Assembly (NCBI GenBank): GCA_964016885.1
Contig: CAXHJY010001228.1
Coordinates: 35,658-99,657 of the forward strand
DNA from: Eledone cirrhosa
Lineage: Eukaryota
Reading direction: 5' to 3'
DNA length: 64,000 nt
The position numbers and the translations under genes are program-made. The notes below the pieces were generated by a model. It ran no database searches. It was not told where the DNA came from and worked only from the letters and a program-made list of their open reading frames with translations. Positions 25,626-40,324 of the stretch are shown here, in pieces (the stretch's first letter is position 1; the number at the start of each line of letters is the position of its first letter).

Positions 25626-28230
25626 CCTGAAAGATCACAAATCTAACTTTAACTCTAATCCTTCTATAAGACTTATATTCCCTTCCAAATCTGACATTGG
25701 CATCATTAGTAAAAAAAACTTTAGACAGAATCATCCCACCAATAAGAAAACACGTTAATTTACCACACTGGGAAAGCACATCCCAAGTAATTTACTTCAT
25801 TTTTACAATTTGATATAGATGCTTATTATCCCTCTATATCACCCATACTCCTGAACAAAGCCTTGATATTTGCCAAAAATAGATCAAACTTAACTATGGA
25901 TGACATTAATATTATCAAACACTACTGGAATTTCAGAAGGAATACTGGACCAGAAATACATATAGTAATCTATTCGATATTACTATGGGCTCTAGTGATT
26001 CTACCCAAATTACCGATCTTGTGGGCCTCTTTCTTCTATTTAACATACATTCTTCTTTTCCCCACCTTAAAGGTGGTTTATATCGTGATGACTGTCTTCT
26101 TCTTCTTTCCAATAACCTTAGCCTATCAGAAATTGAAAAAAATAAAAAACTTATTAGAACTGTCCTCAAAGACTATTATAGTCTCACTATTACATTTGAA
26201 AACACCAGTAAAGTAGTTAATTTCCTTGATATAACTTTAGACTTCTCTACGGGTACCTACCAACCTTACCATAAACCTAACCAAAACTTACATTACATAC
26301 ACTCACAATCCAATCACCCTAGATCTATCCTTAAAAACCTAGCATATAATATCTCACTCAGAATTTCTAACCTTTCCTCTAACCAGGATGTATTCGATAA
26401 AAATGCGCCCTTTTATAACGAAGCTTTAGCTAGAAGCGACCACAAAAACAAATTAGTCTATATACCTTGCACCAATAATACTTCAAACATACAACCCAAT
26501 ATTACCAACAAACACCAAATGAAAAACACAACACCTAAATGCCACTCACACTACATCCCAAAATACCAACCTAAAACTTAATTTCTCTACCTCTTCTCAC
26601 ATAAAATATAATGACTTTCAAAAAACCATTCATCCTAATACTCCAATATACCTTAATAACATTACTAACACAATTCCTAATAATCAGACTAAAACACCTA
26701 AATCAGTTAATCTAACTAAACCTATATATAATAAATTCACTAATACTAATTCTCTTAGTAAACATCCTGATACATCGTATAAATATAAAAAAACAACATC
26801 GAAACCGTAATAGACGAGTTACTTGGTATAATGCTCCATTTAATCTTCAAATTAAAGATAATATCCCTAAAAATTGTTTTACTATCCTAGAGAAAAACTT
26901 CCCGCCAAACCATAAATACCATCAAATTTTAAATAGATCAACTGTCAAATTTCCCTACTCCACTACCAAAAATATACAACAAAATATAAGTGCGTACAAT
27001 GCATATAAACCTGACTTGGAGTGTACTCAAAAGGGTCAAAGGTGTATCAAAATAATAGATATGAGTGTAGATTATGCTCCCAGGAACTTTTTGAAATAAT
27101 GAAATCTAAGGATATCCTATTAAATAAGCGACAAGAATTAATTATATCTTGCAATCATAGAATTAGAAGAACTTTCAAATATTATAAACCTAATTAATAT
27201 ACACCTTACACTTATATTTTATATATTATTATAATTAATTTTTTTTATTTAGTTAACCTATAATTAGTACTTTACTAGAGAGAACTTCATAATTTTATTT
27301 CCCTCTTACAGCTCTCTTTTCCTAAAATTAATACCTAAAAGTATACATATAAATTAATTTAATTTCCTGTTATGAATCTAGATTCCTTGTAGTCTATATA
27401 AGATTGCTATTTCTCACTACTACATTTATCCCAAAATTTTATTTTCCTTCGTTTTTAACAACATCCTTTAATAACATCTAATTCTTATTTATCACATCCA
27501 TATGAATTAATATAAATTTATCCCTATAAGTATACCTATCAATTAATTTAATTTCTTGTTATAGATCTAAATTCCTTGTGTTTTAAATAAGATTGGTATT
27601 TCTCACTAACACCTTTACCCTAAAATGTTATTCTCCTTCGGTTTTAACATTAACATTAATCTTTAATAGCATCAAATGTTCGTGAACTTTTCACCGGCTT
27701 AACCTCTTTTCATCCCCAAAGTACTCTTTTCATTCTTTCCATTCAAAACTTAAGTCTGCATTCTTCTACCCCTAAATTAAATTTCTACTACTACTATTCT
27801 ATCAACTTGACCTTTTACTACTTTTCTATTGGTCAATTCAAAACCTGTTCCCAAACAGACCTATTATATTAAATCTTTGTTGGTTTTATTCAATAAACAA
27901 ATATCATTGTTTCTGAAGACAGCATATATATGTGAAGGTATGTATATTTCCTCTGATAATTTGTAAAATTTTTACATAAATCTATATGATATACATACCA
28001 ACACACATATATATCCTAGAAACGATCGATCGTAAAATGATGAATTTTTTAATTTAAGGAGCTTGTTCTTTGTTTTTATTCATTGTTTTTATTAATTTAT
28101 CTTGACTCTGCTTTCCTATGATTTTCATGGAAAATTTTTGAATGCATCTTCTCTTTTCATGATATTTGGATTACATTGAGTTCTTCATACAGATTGGACA
28201 CTACCGTATATTTTGGTAGATTTATCTACA
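25625..28230 (+). mobile_element. Decayed Penelope-like element (RT, partly deleted GIY-YIG region, 3' pseudo-LTR with HHR)
   Basis: ORF 25985-26581 has MGS..ITDLVGL, GLYRDDCL, VNFLDITLD, YHKPN...YIHSQSNHP, typical of PLE RT. RRVTWYNAPF is at ~26810 and CRLC..E..LLNKRQE at ~27065-27140. Confidence 0.88.
27904..28043 (+). ncRNA. Type I hammerhead ribozyme, canonical core, long stem II
   Basis: TCATTGTTT-CTGAAGA(27913)-[ATATATATGTG..GGTATGTATAT / ATATACATACC..CACATATATAT]-GAAA(28019)-CGATCGATCG-TA-AAATGATGA: 9-bp stem I (2 GU), palindromic stem III, GUA site. Confidence 0.8.
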
Positions 28231-28932
<702 letters not shown>

Positions 28933-29001
28933 GAGTCTTCGGAGCATTTTTCAATGTTTGTACACATAATTGGCCTCCTATCCAACGCAAGAGACATACA
29001 G

Positions 29002-29055
<54 letters not shown>

Positions 29056-29131
29056 CATATATATATACTTTGACTTTGATAGGTTTCGGCCAGTATAGAT
29101 ATACAGATATATTTCATATATATATGCATAT

Positions 29132-29900
29132 CGATATGCAAATTAGGCTGCTCAGCCGTTAATATGCATAAGGAAAGTATATACTTTCAAACGTTTAATC
29201 ATCTGACAGAAAGGTATACGATGCTGACGATAGCTAATAAGCTTGAAACTAGGACATCGTTCCTGTGTCAGTGTTGAACAAAAGGGCGACGATGGTTGCC
29301 GAGCACTGTACGGCGTAATTCGGGCTGTTTGTTTACAACCAAACCGAACATTATAATAAATGTTCGGTAAACCCATACGTACATATATATATGTGTGCAT
29401 GTATGTATATATATACATACTACTGTACGTCTGTACACATATATATATGTACGTAAACATACTTATATTTAGGTATCAGCCGTACTAAGAGTGAGAAATG
29501 AAATTTCGTTTCATTCTTTTCCATTTATCGTTTTCGGTGCGCCGGCCGACTAACTCACTCGATATGCAAATTAGGCTGATCAGCAGTTAATATGCACAAG
29601 GAAAGTATATACTTTCAAACGTTCAATCATCTGACAGAAAGGTATACGATGCTGACGATAGCTAATAAGCTTGAAACTAGTACATCGTTCCTGTGTCAGT
29701 GTTGAACAAAAGAGCGACGATGGTTGCCGAGCATTGTCTGGCGTAATTCGGGCTGTTTGTTTACAAACAAACCGAACATTATAATAAATGTTCGGTGAAC
29801 CCATACGTACACACACACACACATATATATATATAAATGTGCATGTATGTATATATATACATACTACTGTATGTCTGTACACATATATGTATGTACGTAT
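29132..29900. repeat. ~320 bp direct duplication (29132-29455 and 29560-29900)
   Basis: CGATATGCAAATTAGGCTG...CCCATACGTAC occurs twice at offset ~428 with scattered substitutions. Confidence 0.9.
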
Positions 29901-29928
29901 ACATACTTATATATATATAGAGAGAAAG

Positions 29929-31320
29929 AGAATTCACAAGAATCAAAGCTATGTTCAAAGCATTTATTCACTTACAATTGTTTCATCCAAACCTAGGCTT
30001 GGAATCTTCGGACCATTTTTCAATGTTTGTACATATAATTGACCTCCTATCCAACGCAAGAGACATACAGATACATATATATATATATATATATATTGAT
30101 GTACAGTGGAGTGACATATATTATACTATACTATATTTGTACAGCAATTCAAATTTAAAATCAAAATTAAAATACACGCGGCAGATAACACAGATAATGC
30201 AAGAGGATAGTTCGATAATCAGATCTAGTAGATAGTGTATGCGTTAGTCATATATGGAGCATGCAAGTGTGTCTCATTTATATAGGAGTATTGTGTGGCA
30301 AGGTGTTACATGTAATGCAAGCACTTTAAGCGGGTAAGCAAGAGTATTAAAGGTATCTATAGGAAGTTGATTACTCCTTATTATATAGCGCTATAATTGA
30401 AATATAATGGGAAATTCAATTATAGCGCTATATAATAAGGAGTAATCAACTTCCTATAGATTCCTTTAATACATTATGATAGAGTAGACTGTATTTAAAA
30501 TATAAATATATAAGGGACTCAATTGAGGCACCATATAATGTATGTTAGAACAATGAATTTAGTTATGAGAATCAGCTACTAACCTCCCCTTACGCATTAA
30601 CTCCAATTAATTACACACCTACTTCCGGATAATAAACCACTGTAAATTCTCGCAGCAGAAAGAACCTATTCTATAAATATGGATTAAATAACACTGATCC
30701 TCAATACGTTACAATCATTTACTACATCAAACATTCAATACGAATTCATCGTAACATATGTGATGGATGTGAAAACTATAACTTCCTTTTTCTGAATGTG
30801 AAAATGGTGGTGGATGCGAAAACTATAACTTTCTTTTTCTTTTTCTTTTTCTGCACACATACTTCTTTGATCTATACCAAAAATACCCTCCCACTACAAC
30901 CACCATAATACTCTTGCTTACCCGCTTAAAGTGCTTGCATTACATGTAACACCTTGCCACACAATACTCGTATATAAATGAGACACACTTGCATGCTCCA
31001 TATATGACTAACGCATACACTATCTACTAGATCTGATTATCGAACTATCCTCTTGCATTATCTGTGTTATCTGCCGCATGTATTTTAATTTTGATTTTAA
31101 ATTTGAATTGCTGTACAAATATAGTATAGTATAATATATGTCACTCCACTGTACATCAATATATATATATATATGTATCTGTATGTCTCTTGCGTTGGAT
31201 AGGAGGTCAATTATATGTACAAGCATTGAAAAATGGTCCGAAGATTCCAATCCTAGGTTTGGATGAAACAATTGTAAGTGAATAAATGCTTTGAACATAG
31301 CTTTGATTCTTGTGAATTCT
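29929..31320. mobile_element. 1.4 kb inverted-repeat structure: ~420 bp arms (PLE pseudo-LTR-like, each with an HHR motif) plus an inner hairpin
   Basis: 29929-30348 is the reverse complement of 30907-31320 (the ORFs 29951+ and 31020- translate almost identically). An inner hairpin spans 30344-30401/30415-30472. Confidence 0.9.
31233..31280 (+). ncRNA. Hammerhead-like motif, U4C variant, weak stem I (mirror copy at 29969-30016, minus strand)
   Basis: CCGAAGA-t-TCCAA-tcctaggt-TTGGA-t-GAAA-CAATTG-TA. Stem I (ATGGT/AGTGA) is mismatched. Confidence 0.55.
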
Positions 31321-32031
31321 ATATAACTGCTCTGTAGAACAACTGATGTTCTTACATTGAGCTATTTATCTTACTGGTAATAAGGTAGTAATAAATTACT
31401 GACATTCCCTGTTTATAGTTTAAAATATACATAACTATAAATAGTATCCTTAAGGTAATTCAACAAATATAAATGTTTATTCAGAGCACTCGACAGGTTT
31501 TCTGGAGTATAATATTCAATGATATTAAATAAATGGAAACTATATTTATAAAACCATATTTATTCTATTATATATATTTTTAGACGCTATGCAGAATTTA
31601 AATAATTATGATATATGTATAAGTAGGAAAAAGAAAAAAGAAAGAATAGCTTGTATTTACGTTAATTTAAAAGGAATTAACAATTTGCGGGAATGGTGGA
31701 ATATGATTCCAGAATTTAAATTTATATAGTTATATTATGAGTTATAATATTGTATATATAATCAATTATATTATATGTAGAATTATGGTTGTAAGAATAT
31801 TTTATCTTATTACATTACAATAAGTTGTAAGTATATAAATATCTATATAGATTAATAATTGTGCGTCAAAAAATAACGTTTTTTCAGCCCTATACCTCAA
31901 CCTCATTTGCATACTCATCTTAATAATTTGAAATATCTGACTTTTCTTCTCTTTTCCTTCACTATCCAAGAAAACTTGAACTGTTAAGGTATCTTTTCTT
32001 GGTTATGTCAAAATTTATAAAACAAATTTTG

Positions 32032-32092
32032 TATTTTATCTGATGAGAGCGTACCAAAGTTTTGGTACCCTTGAAATATATATAATAGAATA
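32032..32092 (+). ncRNA. Type I hammerhead ribozyme, canonical core
   Basis: TATTTTAT-CTGATGA-GAGcGTACCAA..TTGGTACcCTT-GAAA-TATATA-TA-ATAGAATA: 8-bp stem I, ~10-bp stem II, palindromic stem III. Confidence 0.8.
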
Positions 32093-32159
32093 AATATGGT
32101 TTTATAAATATAGTTTCCATTTATTTAATATCATTGTATAGGAAATATATATATATATA

Positions 32160-32212
32160 CTTTGACAGGTTTTGGCCAGTATTGGCCCAGGCCATGTCTA
32201 CCTTAATATCAT
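32160..32212 (-). mobile_element. Isolated 3' tail of the CR1-group LINE
   Basis: TTTTGGCCAGTATTGGCCCAGGCCATGTCTA matches 62296-62326 and abuts (TA)n. Confidence 0.75.
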
Positions 32213-32760
32213 ACCTGTTGGAAACAACTGATATGACGAAAAACAGTAAAAAGGCATGGAGTCTAATCCGGAAAATCAGCAACGACCCGTCAACTCCAAC
32301 ACAACACCAGTACACCATCACCGCCAACCAAGTTGCAAATCAGCTGTTGCTCAATGGGAAATCCACCACCAAACAGCCAAGACCAAAGGTAGACTGACTT
32401 CAGTACTCCCAAACCACCGGACTGACTAAGCCGTTCTCGCTTGAAGAGCTCAATATCAGCATCAATGCCGTTAAGACTGGTAAAGCCATCGGCCTAGATA
32501 ATATTTTCACAGTGGAGATCAAGCACTTTGGACCTCTGACACGGAAATGGATCCTTGAGCTGATGAAAAACTGTATGCTGACAAGAAACATCCCAAAGAT
32601 CTGGAGAAAAACTATTATTGCTCTTCTCAAACCGGGTAAAGATCTAGTGCCTGCAAAGAGTTTCGGCCTAATCTCCCTGCTATGCCACCCGTTTAAGCTA
32701 TTTGAGCGCCTGAACCTCAGCAGGTTGGCCCCAGTTGTTGAACCAGCCATTGATAAGATA
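32213..32760 (+). mobile_element. I-group (Ingi/Vingi-like) LINE fragment, linker to RT start
   Basis: ORFs 32134-32397 (TDMTKNSKKAW..TANQVANQLLLNG) and 32512-33009 (IPKIWRK..ALLKPGKD..ISLLC..KLFER). The clade assignment is from motif recall. Confidence 0.72.
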
Positions 32761-33720
32761 AGACCGGCAGAAGAGGAAACGTCTGTATTGAATGCATTGT
32801 CTTGTTTACAGTGTGTGTATGTTTGTGTGTATATATATATGTGTGTGTGTGTATATATATGTGTGTATATATATATGTGCGTGTGCCTGTGTGAGTATTC
32901 GTGTGAGTGCGTGTGTGTGTGTGTAAACCATCGTTGGAATCGGAGACATAGGCTGCGAAACACGATCATCACTGATAACGAACTCGCAGAGAGAATCCCT
33001 TATGGTTGATTCCCAACTTGCTAGAAATAGCAGTCAGGTTGGTTAGCATACGTGGTATGACTTTCTTCTTCTTTGGTGTTATAAAATTAGTATCAATAAC
33101 ATTTCCTGGATATACTCTTATCCCAATCCTGTACATACTTTCCGATTGTCACTTTCCGTGTTTTTTCGTGGAATACGCGAAGGAACCAACCAACAAACAT
33201 CTCTCTTTTATATCTCTTTTATTTGTTCATTCAAAATATTTTTCAGCTAATTCTGTCCTACAATATACATCAGCAATCTTTATCTAATGTTTAAAACATA
33301 TGAATAGCTGCGATATATGCACCATATCAATCAAAAACGATATGAGAATTAAATACCGTACTAAAGCGCCAGTAAGCTTGCTAAGAACCTGCAGATAGAA
33401 ATGTTAATAAATACAACATTTAGCTTGGATAAACTTTAAGATGTTCTTTCATTGTAGGTTTCTTTCTTCAGACAGTACGTTAAAGAAAATTGATAGTTGC
33501 AACAATAAAGGTTGAACAGAGAACAATTTTTTTAACAAACTTTACAATAATTTGTACAACCATAATGGAAATTCCAAGTAACAGAAAATACATAAATTAC
33601 ATTGTTAGAGCCTCAGAGTATACAATATTTTTGTTCGGCCCTCGGGAGCAAAGATGAAGAGATTGTTTGGCGAGCTCAACCTAGAGCATTCTACATGCAA
33701 TTGACCATGGTTTTCCCAGA

Positions 33721-34362
33721 TGAAGGCCAGCCACATTTAGGGTTTGACCCTGAGCTTTGTTGATGGTAATCGCGAAGCTTAGTCTCTCTGTTGCTCTAGT
33801 AACATTTTTTCTTCTGGAAAATCTGATCTTGCGGCCAGGCTGGGACTTTTTGGGTGGCATATCGGCAGTAATAACGACGATAAGCCGTCTGTGCTTTCGT
33901 GAAATAAATACGTTTGTTTATATTTTGTTTTTGTGTATGCAAACATATCTGTACACGAATATATAATTATATATATATATTAAAATAACAGATTAAAGTT
34001 TAAGCAAAGAATCGCTGCTTTCACCCTTAACGGGATCTCTGAAAGTAAAAAAAATCAATCTGTGAACGCAGAAGTAAATATTTCGAAAAATGTTGCAACC
34101 GAAAGAAAACAGGCAGATGATACTTTGGTTCGTGAAGACATTAGGAATGTCGTATAACCGGAAGTGTTGACATTTGAACATTTTAAAGAAGTGAATATTT
34201 AAATAATATCTTTAATCTTTTAACAAAATTCAGTAGACAAAAATATCCTCACTTTCTTACTTGGAAAAAGTTACATCTATGGTACAAATTTGGTGCTGTT
34301 TGGTCCAGCCGCTTGGCGGAAAGTTTGTTACTTACATACGGCCGTCAGCTTTATAGTATAGA
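33721..34362 (-). mobile_element. Helitron-like repeat, copy 2 (may extend further left)
   Basis: Near-identical to 1-629 with the same TATAGTATAGAT terminus. Confidence 0.6.
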
Positions 34363-34365
34363 TAT

Positions 34366-34421
<56 letters not shown>

Positions 34422-35338
34422 ATATATATATGTATGAGATATATATATATATGATATATATATATGTATGATATATATATATATATGATATATATATGTA
34501 TGATATATATATATGTATGATATATATATATATATGATATATATATATATATGATATATATATATATATGATATATATATATATATGATATATATATATG
34601 TATGATATATATATATATATGATATATATATATGTATGATATATATATATATATGATATATATATATATGATATATATATATATATGATATATATATATA
34701 TATGATATATATATATATATGATATATATATATATATGATATATATATATATATGATATATATATATATATGATATATATATATATATATATATGATATA
34801 TGATATATATATATGTATGATATATATATATATATGATATATATATATATATGATATATATATATATATGATATATATATATATGATATATGATATATAT
34901 ATATGTATGATATATATATATATATGATATATATATATATGATATATGATATATATATATGTATGATATATATATATGTATGATATATATATATATATGA
35001 TATATATATATATATGATATATATATATATATGATATATATATATGATATATATATATATATATTATATATATATGTATGATATATATATAATATATATA
35101 TATATGATATATATATATATATGATGTATATATATATATATGATATATATATATATATATGATATTTATTTATATATATCATATATATATGTATATATAT
35201 GTATATATATATATATATATATGTATTTATATAATTATATCATAAATATATATATATATATATCATATATATATATATCATATATATATATCATATATAT
35301 ATATCATATATATATCATATATATATATATATATATAC
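34363..35338. repeat. (TA)n array punctuated by TGA/TCA
   Basis: Direct inspection. Confidence 0.95.
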
Positions 35339-35869
35339 AAATAAATTATCGAGAATCGGAATTTCGGCCCACGAAATAACGAAACACAATCTTCGAGATG
35401 CGTGGCAAAGGGCTCAATAGTTTGGATAAACCAGAGCTATAACTATCGTTTAAATACCAACATACGGAGACAATGCTTAAAATCACTCGCACAGCCGAAA
35501 AAAACGACCAGGCAAATTCGGGTCAGACAAATAATAATATAACTGAATGAAAAATCTTTACCCGGACCCGCTAGAATGATGGTAAATTCCAACTTTTTGG
35601 TTTCTGCGGTTCCTAAATCAGTTACCGTCAGCTTACAAAAAGAATATTCGGCTTCTGGCAAAAAGATGAACGAGGAAAACCACTTTCTCAACAGGCATTT
35701 CGTTCGAATATACAGAAGAACCCATTACTAATATAAGAACCATTATAATATATATATATCATATTTATATATATATCATATATATCATATATATATATCA
35801 TATATATATATTATATATATCATATATATATATCATATATATATATATATATATATAAAGGATAAAAAA

Positions 35870-37305
35870 ATATCGTTATAGGTAATCCAATTAGAGGTTG
35901 TGAATACTTCTTATTATGGATAGTTTTAGCGAACGGCGTTGTTTGACTCAACAAGAGGTTTACGTAGATGACGAGTATTCCTATGTATTCCTATGTAAGT
36001 TTATCTTGGAGTAATAAAATTGAAAAAGTAGAGAATAACATGGTCAACAGTACAAAAAAGGTATTTATTTGCAGTCTAACAATTGTTTCACTGATAGAGT
36101 TGTCTAAAAATTGCTGAACACTAAAAGCCGTGCAACTCAATTTAAATACGATGTTAACTCTACTAGATCATCGGAAACTGTTAAAAAAATATATATGTAA
36201 CCGGCAAATTTACAAATTCAAATTACATCATCAATAATAATATTAATAATAAAGATATAGAGAGAAAAGGAGGAAGAAAGGGAGATAGATACAATAAAGA
36301 AAGAAAGGAAAGGAAGGAGAAAGAAGAAGGAAAAAGAAAAAGAAAAAGAAAAAGAAAAAGAAAAAGAGAAAGAAGAAGTAAAGGAGAAATTATGATAGAT
36401 AGAAATATAAAGAGAGGAAGATATATAGAATATGATAGTATATAGACGAGAGACAAACATAAGTAAGAATAACGTAGGATAGAGAAAAGAATAGAGGGAC
36501 AAATAGATGAATAAACGTTAATGCATGAATAAATGTAAATAAAAGTAAAAATAGATATATAAAATATATATGAAAAAATGGTGAAAATATGATAATGTTA
36601 AATATATATATGTGTGTATTGGTTATTTTAATAAATAAATAAATTAATTAGTTTTAAGTTATATTATATGATAAAATTAAATGACAGAGATAAACAAATT
36701 TTGGGAGAGAAATATTAAGATAAAGAGTGAAAAATAGAGATATATAAAATAATAATGTAAATATAAGCGGTTTTGATGTTCTTTGATAGATAATTATAAT
36801 TATAATTATAATGATGATGATGTTGATAATCTGATATCATAATAGATCCAAGTGGTACAATCTGGGTTATGGAATAGATAAGATGGAATTAAGCTGGTCT
36901 AAAGTTCTCAAATTTAGTCGCCGGTTTATGTAGACAAAAAATAGTTTTTTCAATTTTACTGTTAAGAAGAATTTTGTTGTAATTTAAAATTTGGAAAAGT
37001 TCCATATTACAGAGATCACAGTGGGACATATCAATTTGATAGGCCTTTGCTTTTGATAGCTTTGTCCAGCTGATTTTATATTCCATGTTTGCATCTTTGA
37101 GTTGCCAGATTTTATTGGCGAGAGTCGTTGTCTTTGAGAGATTCCTGTTAATCATAGAGTGTCTATGTACGTACCACCTTTTCTTAAACTCCCCAGCTGT
37201 GGAACCAATGTAATGCCATGCTAAGCTACCTGAATTTATAGTACATAGGTTTACGATATTTGTCTCTAGTCATCTATTTTGTAAATGGCATTTGTCAGGT
37301 AGATG
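35870..37305 (-). mobile_element. 3' part of a second Penelope-like element (GIY-YIG endonuclease plus pseudo-LTR with HHR)
   Basis: The minus frame reads ..WHYIGSTAGEFKKRWYVHRHS into ORF 36889-37155 (TTLANKIWQLK, CDLC..E, LLNSK..CLHK), the PLE GIY-YIG signature. Confidence 0.85.
36072..36180 (-). ncRNA. Type I hammerhead motif, U4C variant, long stem II
   Basis: Minus strand reads CAGTTT-CCGATGA-t-CTAGTAGAGTT...AACTCTATCAG-t-GAAA-CAATTG-TT-AGACTG. Confidence 0.72.
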
Positions 37306-37702
37306 GCAGTTACATTTATATATATATATATACACACACAAAAGATATACACGCATAAGAACACACATACACAACACACAAAGACACACACATATAATAA
37401 AATAAATACACGTATATGTGTATGTACACATAGGCCTGTCTGCATATGCGCCTACATACTACATACAACCTTATGTGAGTACACTTAAAAAACCAGGTGG
37501 GTAAGTAAGGACAAGGGGGGGGGGGGGTAACTGAGATCAAATAATATAAACATTGTGGTAGAGAGAGAGTGTTTGTGATGAGATCTGGATAAGGATATAT
37601 GGTTAAAAAGTGATATATATATATATATATATCTTCTTTTCTTTATACTTTCACTCGTGTAGGACACCTCGGTTATTTTTCATTTTGTAAAAAAAACCTC
37701 AC

Positions 37703-37749
<47 letters not shown>

Positions 37750-37951
37750 TATATATATATAATTTGTAAATCGAACGTTAGCTGCAGTAAAGCATGAACA
37801 ATTCGATTTGTTTTGAGGCAATCACAAAGCACCCAATGGATTGAAAGTTAAAAACATACATTAAGTCCAGAGTTAAACTCCGTAGTTATAAAATGTGACA
37901 CCAAGATAACCAACCGAAGGCACTAACTATACATACAACAAAATAACGATA

Positions 37952-37987
<36 letters not shown>

Positions 37988-38839
37988 AAAAAATAGAGAT
38001 GTAACACACGAGTTGTGATATATTAGTAGAGCAAACATCACGAGCGCTCTATCTCAAAATTATTTTTGAAAAGCATTAGAAATGCGCAACCGGTAAAAAC
38101 TTAAAACTAAAACTGAATACTAACCAATACTTATTACTAATTTATACTTATTCCTAATTAAACTATTTTTCACTGGGAAAAATTTGTCAGCATTTTCTTT
38201 TCCTTTTACTACTACTACTACTAATAATAATATATATATATATATATACACGTGTGTGTGTGAGCACTAACATACATCCACACATATTGACCCATTCGTT
38301 ACAGTCTATGTGTGGGTGTATTAACACATATGGATATATACACACATACACACATACACACATACACACATACACACCCATGCGTTATAGTCTATGCAGA
38401 AACTACCATTGACCTGCTCACATGAGTGCGATGATCAATTCAAGTGAGGCGTTATGTTAAACCAACTTTGCAATGATTGGATGAACTGACAAGATTTTAT
38501 CATATTGAATATTTCCGTAGTTAGACATTCAGCATAAAAAGAAATAACAGCCAAGTCATCCTCAAATCTCAGCGTATCCACTCAATAGAACTGCTACATC
38601 AACGATACATCTTTCTTGAAGGAAGATGACAGATATACCCCATTCCTATCCGATTATGAATGTGGGGGAATATAGTAATCTTTTTACGAACGGTCCCAGA
38701 CACTGCCAGTTCTGTACCAGGGAAAAATATGTTTAATTAATTGAACTAATTCTATAAATTATTTAAATAAAATATTTGAAATTTTCTGCTAGTGTTGCCA
38801 CTGAATTTGTTAATTCCAACAGGGCAATTGCGGTATATA

Positions 38840-38942
38840 TTTCGGTTCTCTGCTCTCTCAGTTCAAACCCCGCCGAGGTCAAGTTTGATTTCATCCATTC
38901 GAGGTCGATAAAAAAAGTACCAGTCTCGTACTGGGGTCGATT
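38840..38942 (+). mobile_element. tRNA-derived SINE fragment
   Basis: GTTCAAACCCCGCCGAGGTCAAG...GGTCGATAAAAAAAGTACCAG. Confidence 0.65.
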
Positions 38943-39398
38943 CTTCCTCTATATCTCTTTCTCATTTCCTTTCCCTCACACTATCTTTCTCTGAAAGAAA
39001 TCTGCCGTATTCAGGTTTTAAAATTGCCCTAGATACGCCGTATGTTAACGCGCCACCGATACGACTGCCTCGGGATTTACGGGTCATATAATACTATTTG
39101 GTTGAAGTACTAGATCGAAACAAAGGTTTACAACATATCAACTTTATCACCAAATACTGATAATTATAATATAACTGCATAATTTAAGAAATATCTCTTT
39201 GCGAATAGAATGTCTATGGTTTACGTACTCTTGAAATAAACCTCTGAGTAGTGTTTTAGCTACCAGATTTATAAGTCAATTGATAACACACACACACACA
39301 CACACAGATAACATGAATGGACCTATTATTTTTATCTAAAGATATTTTTTCCAATTCCATCCCGCCCGCCCCCTTAATCTATTTTATTTCTCAATCTT

Positions 39399-39434
39399 TC
39401 TTCCGATGAAGGACTAGCGTCCGAAACGTTAAGA
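39399..39434 (+). ncRNA. Minimal type I hammerhead motif (U4C variant)
   Basis: TCTT-CCGATGA-a-GGAC-tagc-GTCC-GAAA-CG-TT-AAGA. Stem III is reduced to the palindrome AACGTT. Confidence 0.7.
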
Positions 39435-39515
39435 CCCTCTTCCTGCTATATCAAGCGTTAATCTAATATATACCTTCCATATACTGTACCGATTGTGTTG
39501 TTATTTCTGTTTACC

Positions 39516-39602
<87 letters not shown>

Positions 39603-39603
<1 letters not shown>

Positions 39604-39778
39604 CGAAGGAAATGTGGTAAGGAACCAGGTGGACCATAACGCACCAAAGTACTCAATACTAGGGTAGTAGAGTGGGTAATAGGAACAAGTAAGACCCCCC
39701 ATAACGCACCAAAGTACTCAATACTTAGGGTAGTAGAGTGGGTAATAGGAACAAGTAAGACCCCTTACTTGTTCCTAT
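39603..39778 (-). mobile_element. Copy of the 957/48700 repeat with an internal ~65 bp duplication and terminal hairpin
   Basis: CCATAACGCACCAAAGTACTCAATAC..GGGTAGTAGAG occurs twice. It ends in the hairpin TAGGAACAAGTAAG-accc-CTTACTTGTTCCTA and is flanked by (TA)n. Confidence 0.7.
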
Positions 39779-40059
39779 ATATATATATATATGTATACAT
39801 ACATATATATATATTATATATTAAGAACTATTTGCTTTGTCCAAAATATCGTTTTAATTGTAATAATTGTGTTGAATACTGTGAAAAGATAATGTTTACA
39901 CCACGACGTGTTTCACGCTAGAGAAGTTATCGATGAACAATATCATATCGATCATTGTTTATAACATATATTCTTTTGCTACAGCTCATTGCTTATGTCT
40001 ACTGGACGACATTTCATAGACATATCACTCTTCTCTAAATGTAATGTAACATAAATAAT

Positions 40060-40246
40060 TGTTTCTACTTTTGCCACAAGGCCAGCAATGACCCCAATGT
40101 ATTACTGCTGCTTTATTTCATCGACCCCGTAAGGATGAAAGACAAAGTTAACCTCGGCGGGATTTGAACTCAGAAAGTAAAGGGCCATAACTCTATGCTG
40201 CAAAGCATAGTGTCTGACGCTCTACCAATACTGCCAATCCACCCAT
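40060..40246 (-). mobile_element. tRNA-derived SINE, full length, 20-bp TSD
   Basis: TSD TGTAATGTAACATAAATAAT is at 40040-40059 and 40247-40266. Confidence 0.88.
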
Positions 40247-40324
40247 TGTAATGTAACATAAATAATGTATGTATGTATGGACCCGTAACTCTGGAGTCGT
40301 AGGAACTCCGTAGTGAAAAGGGCG

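Noticed and set aside
35340-35740. Coding-like island between TA arrays
   Set aside because: All frames are short or interrupted and no family was recognised with confidence.
39895-40035. Further hammerhead-like strings (minus strand TCGATAA..GAAACACGTC and GAGAAGA..GAAATGTCGTC)
   Set aside because: No convincing stem I or stem II pairing.
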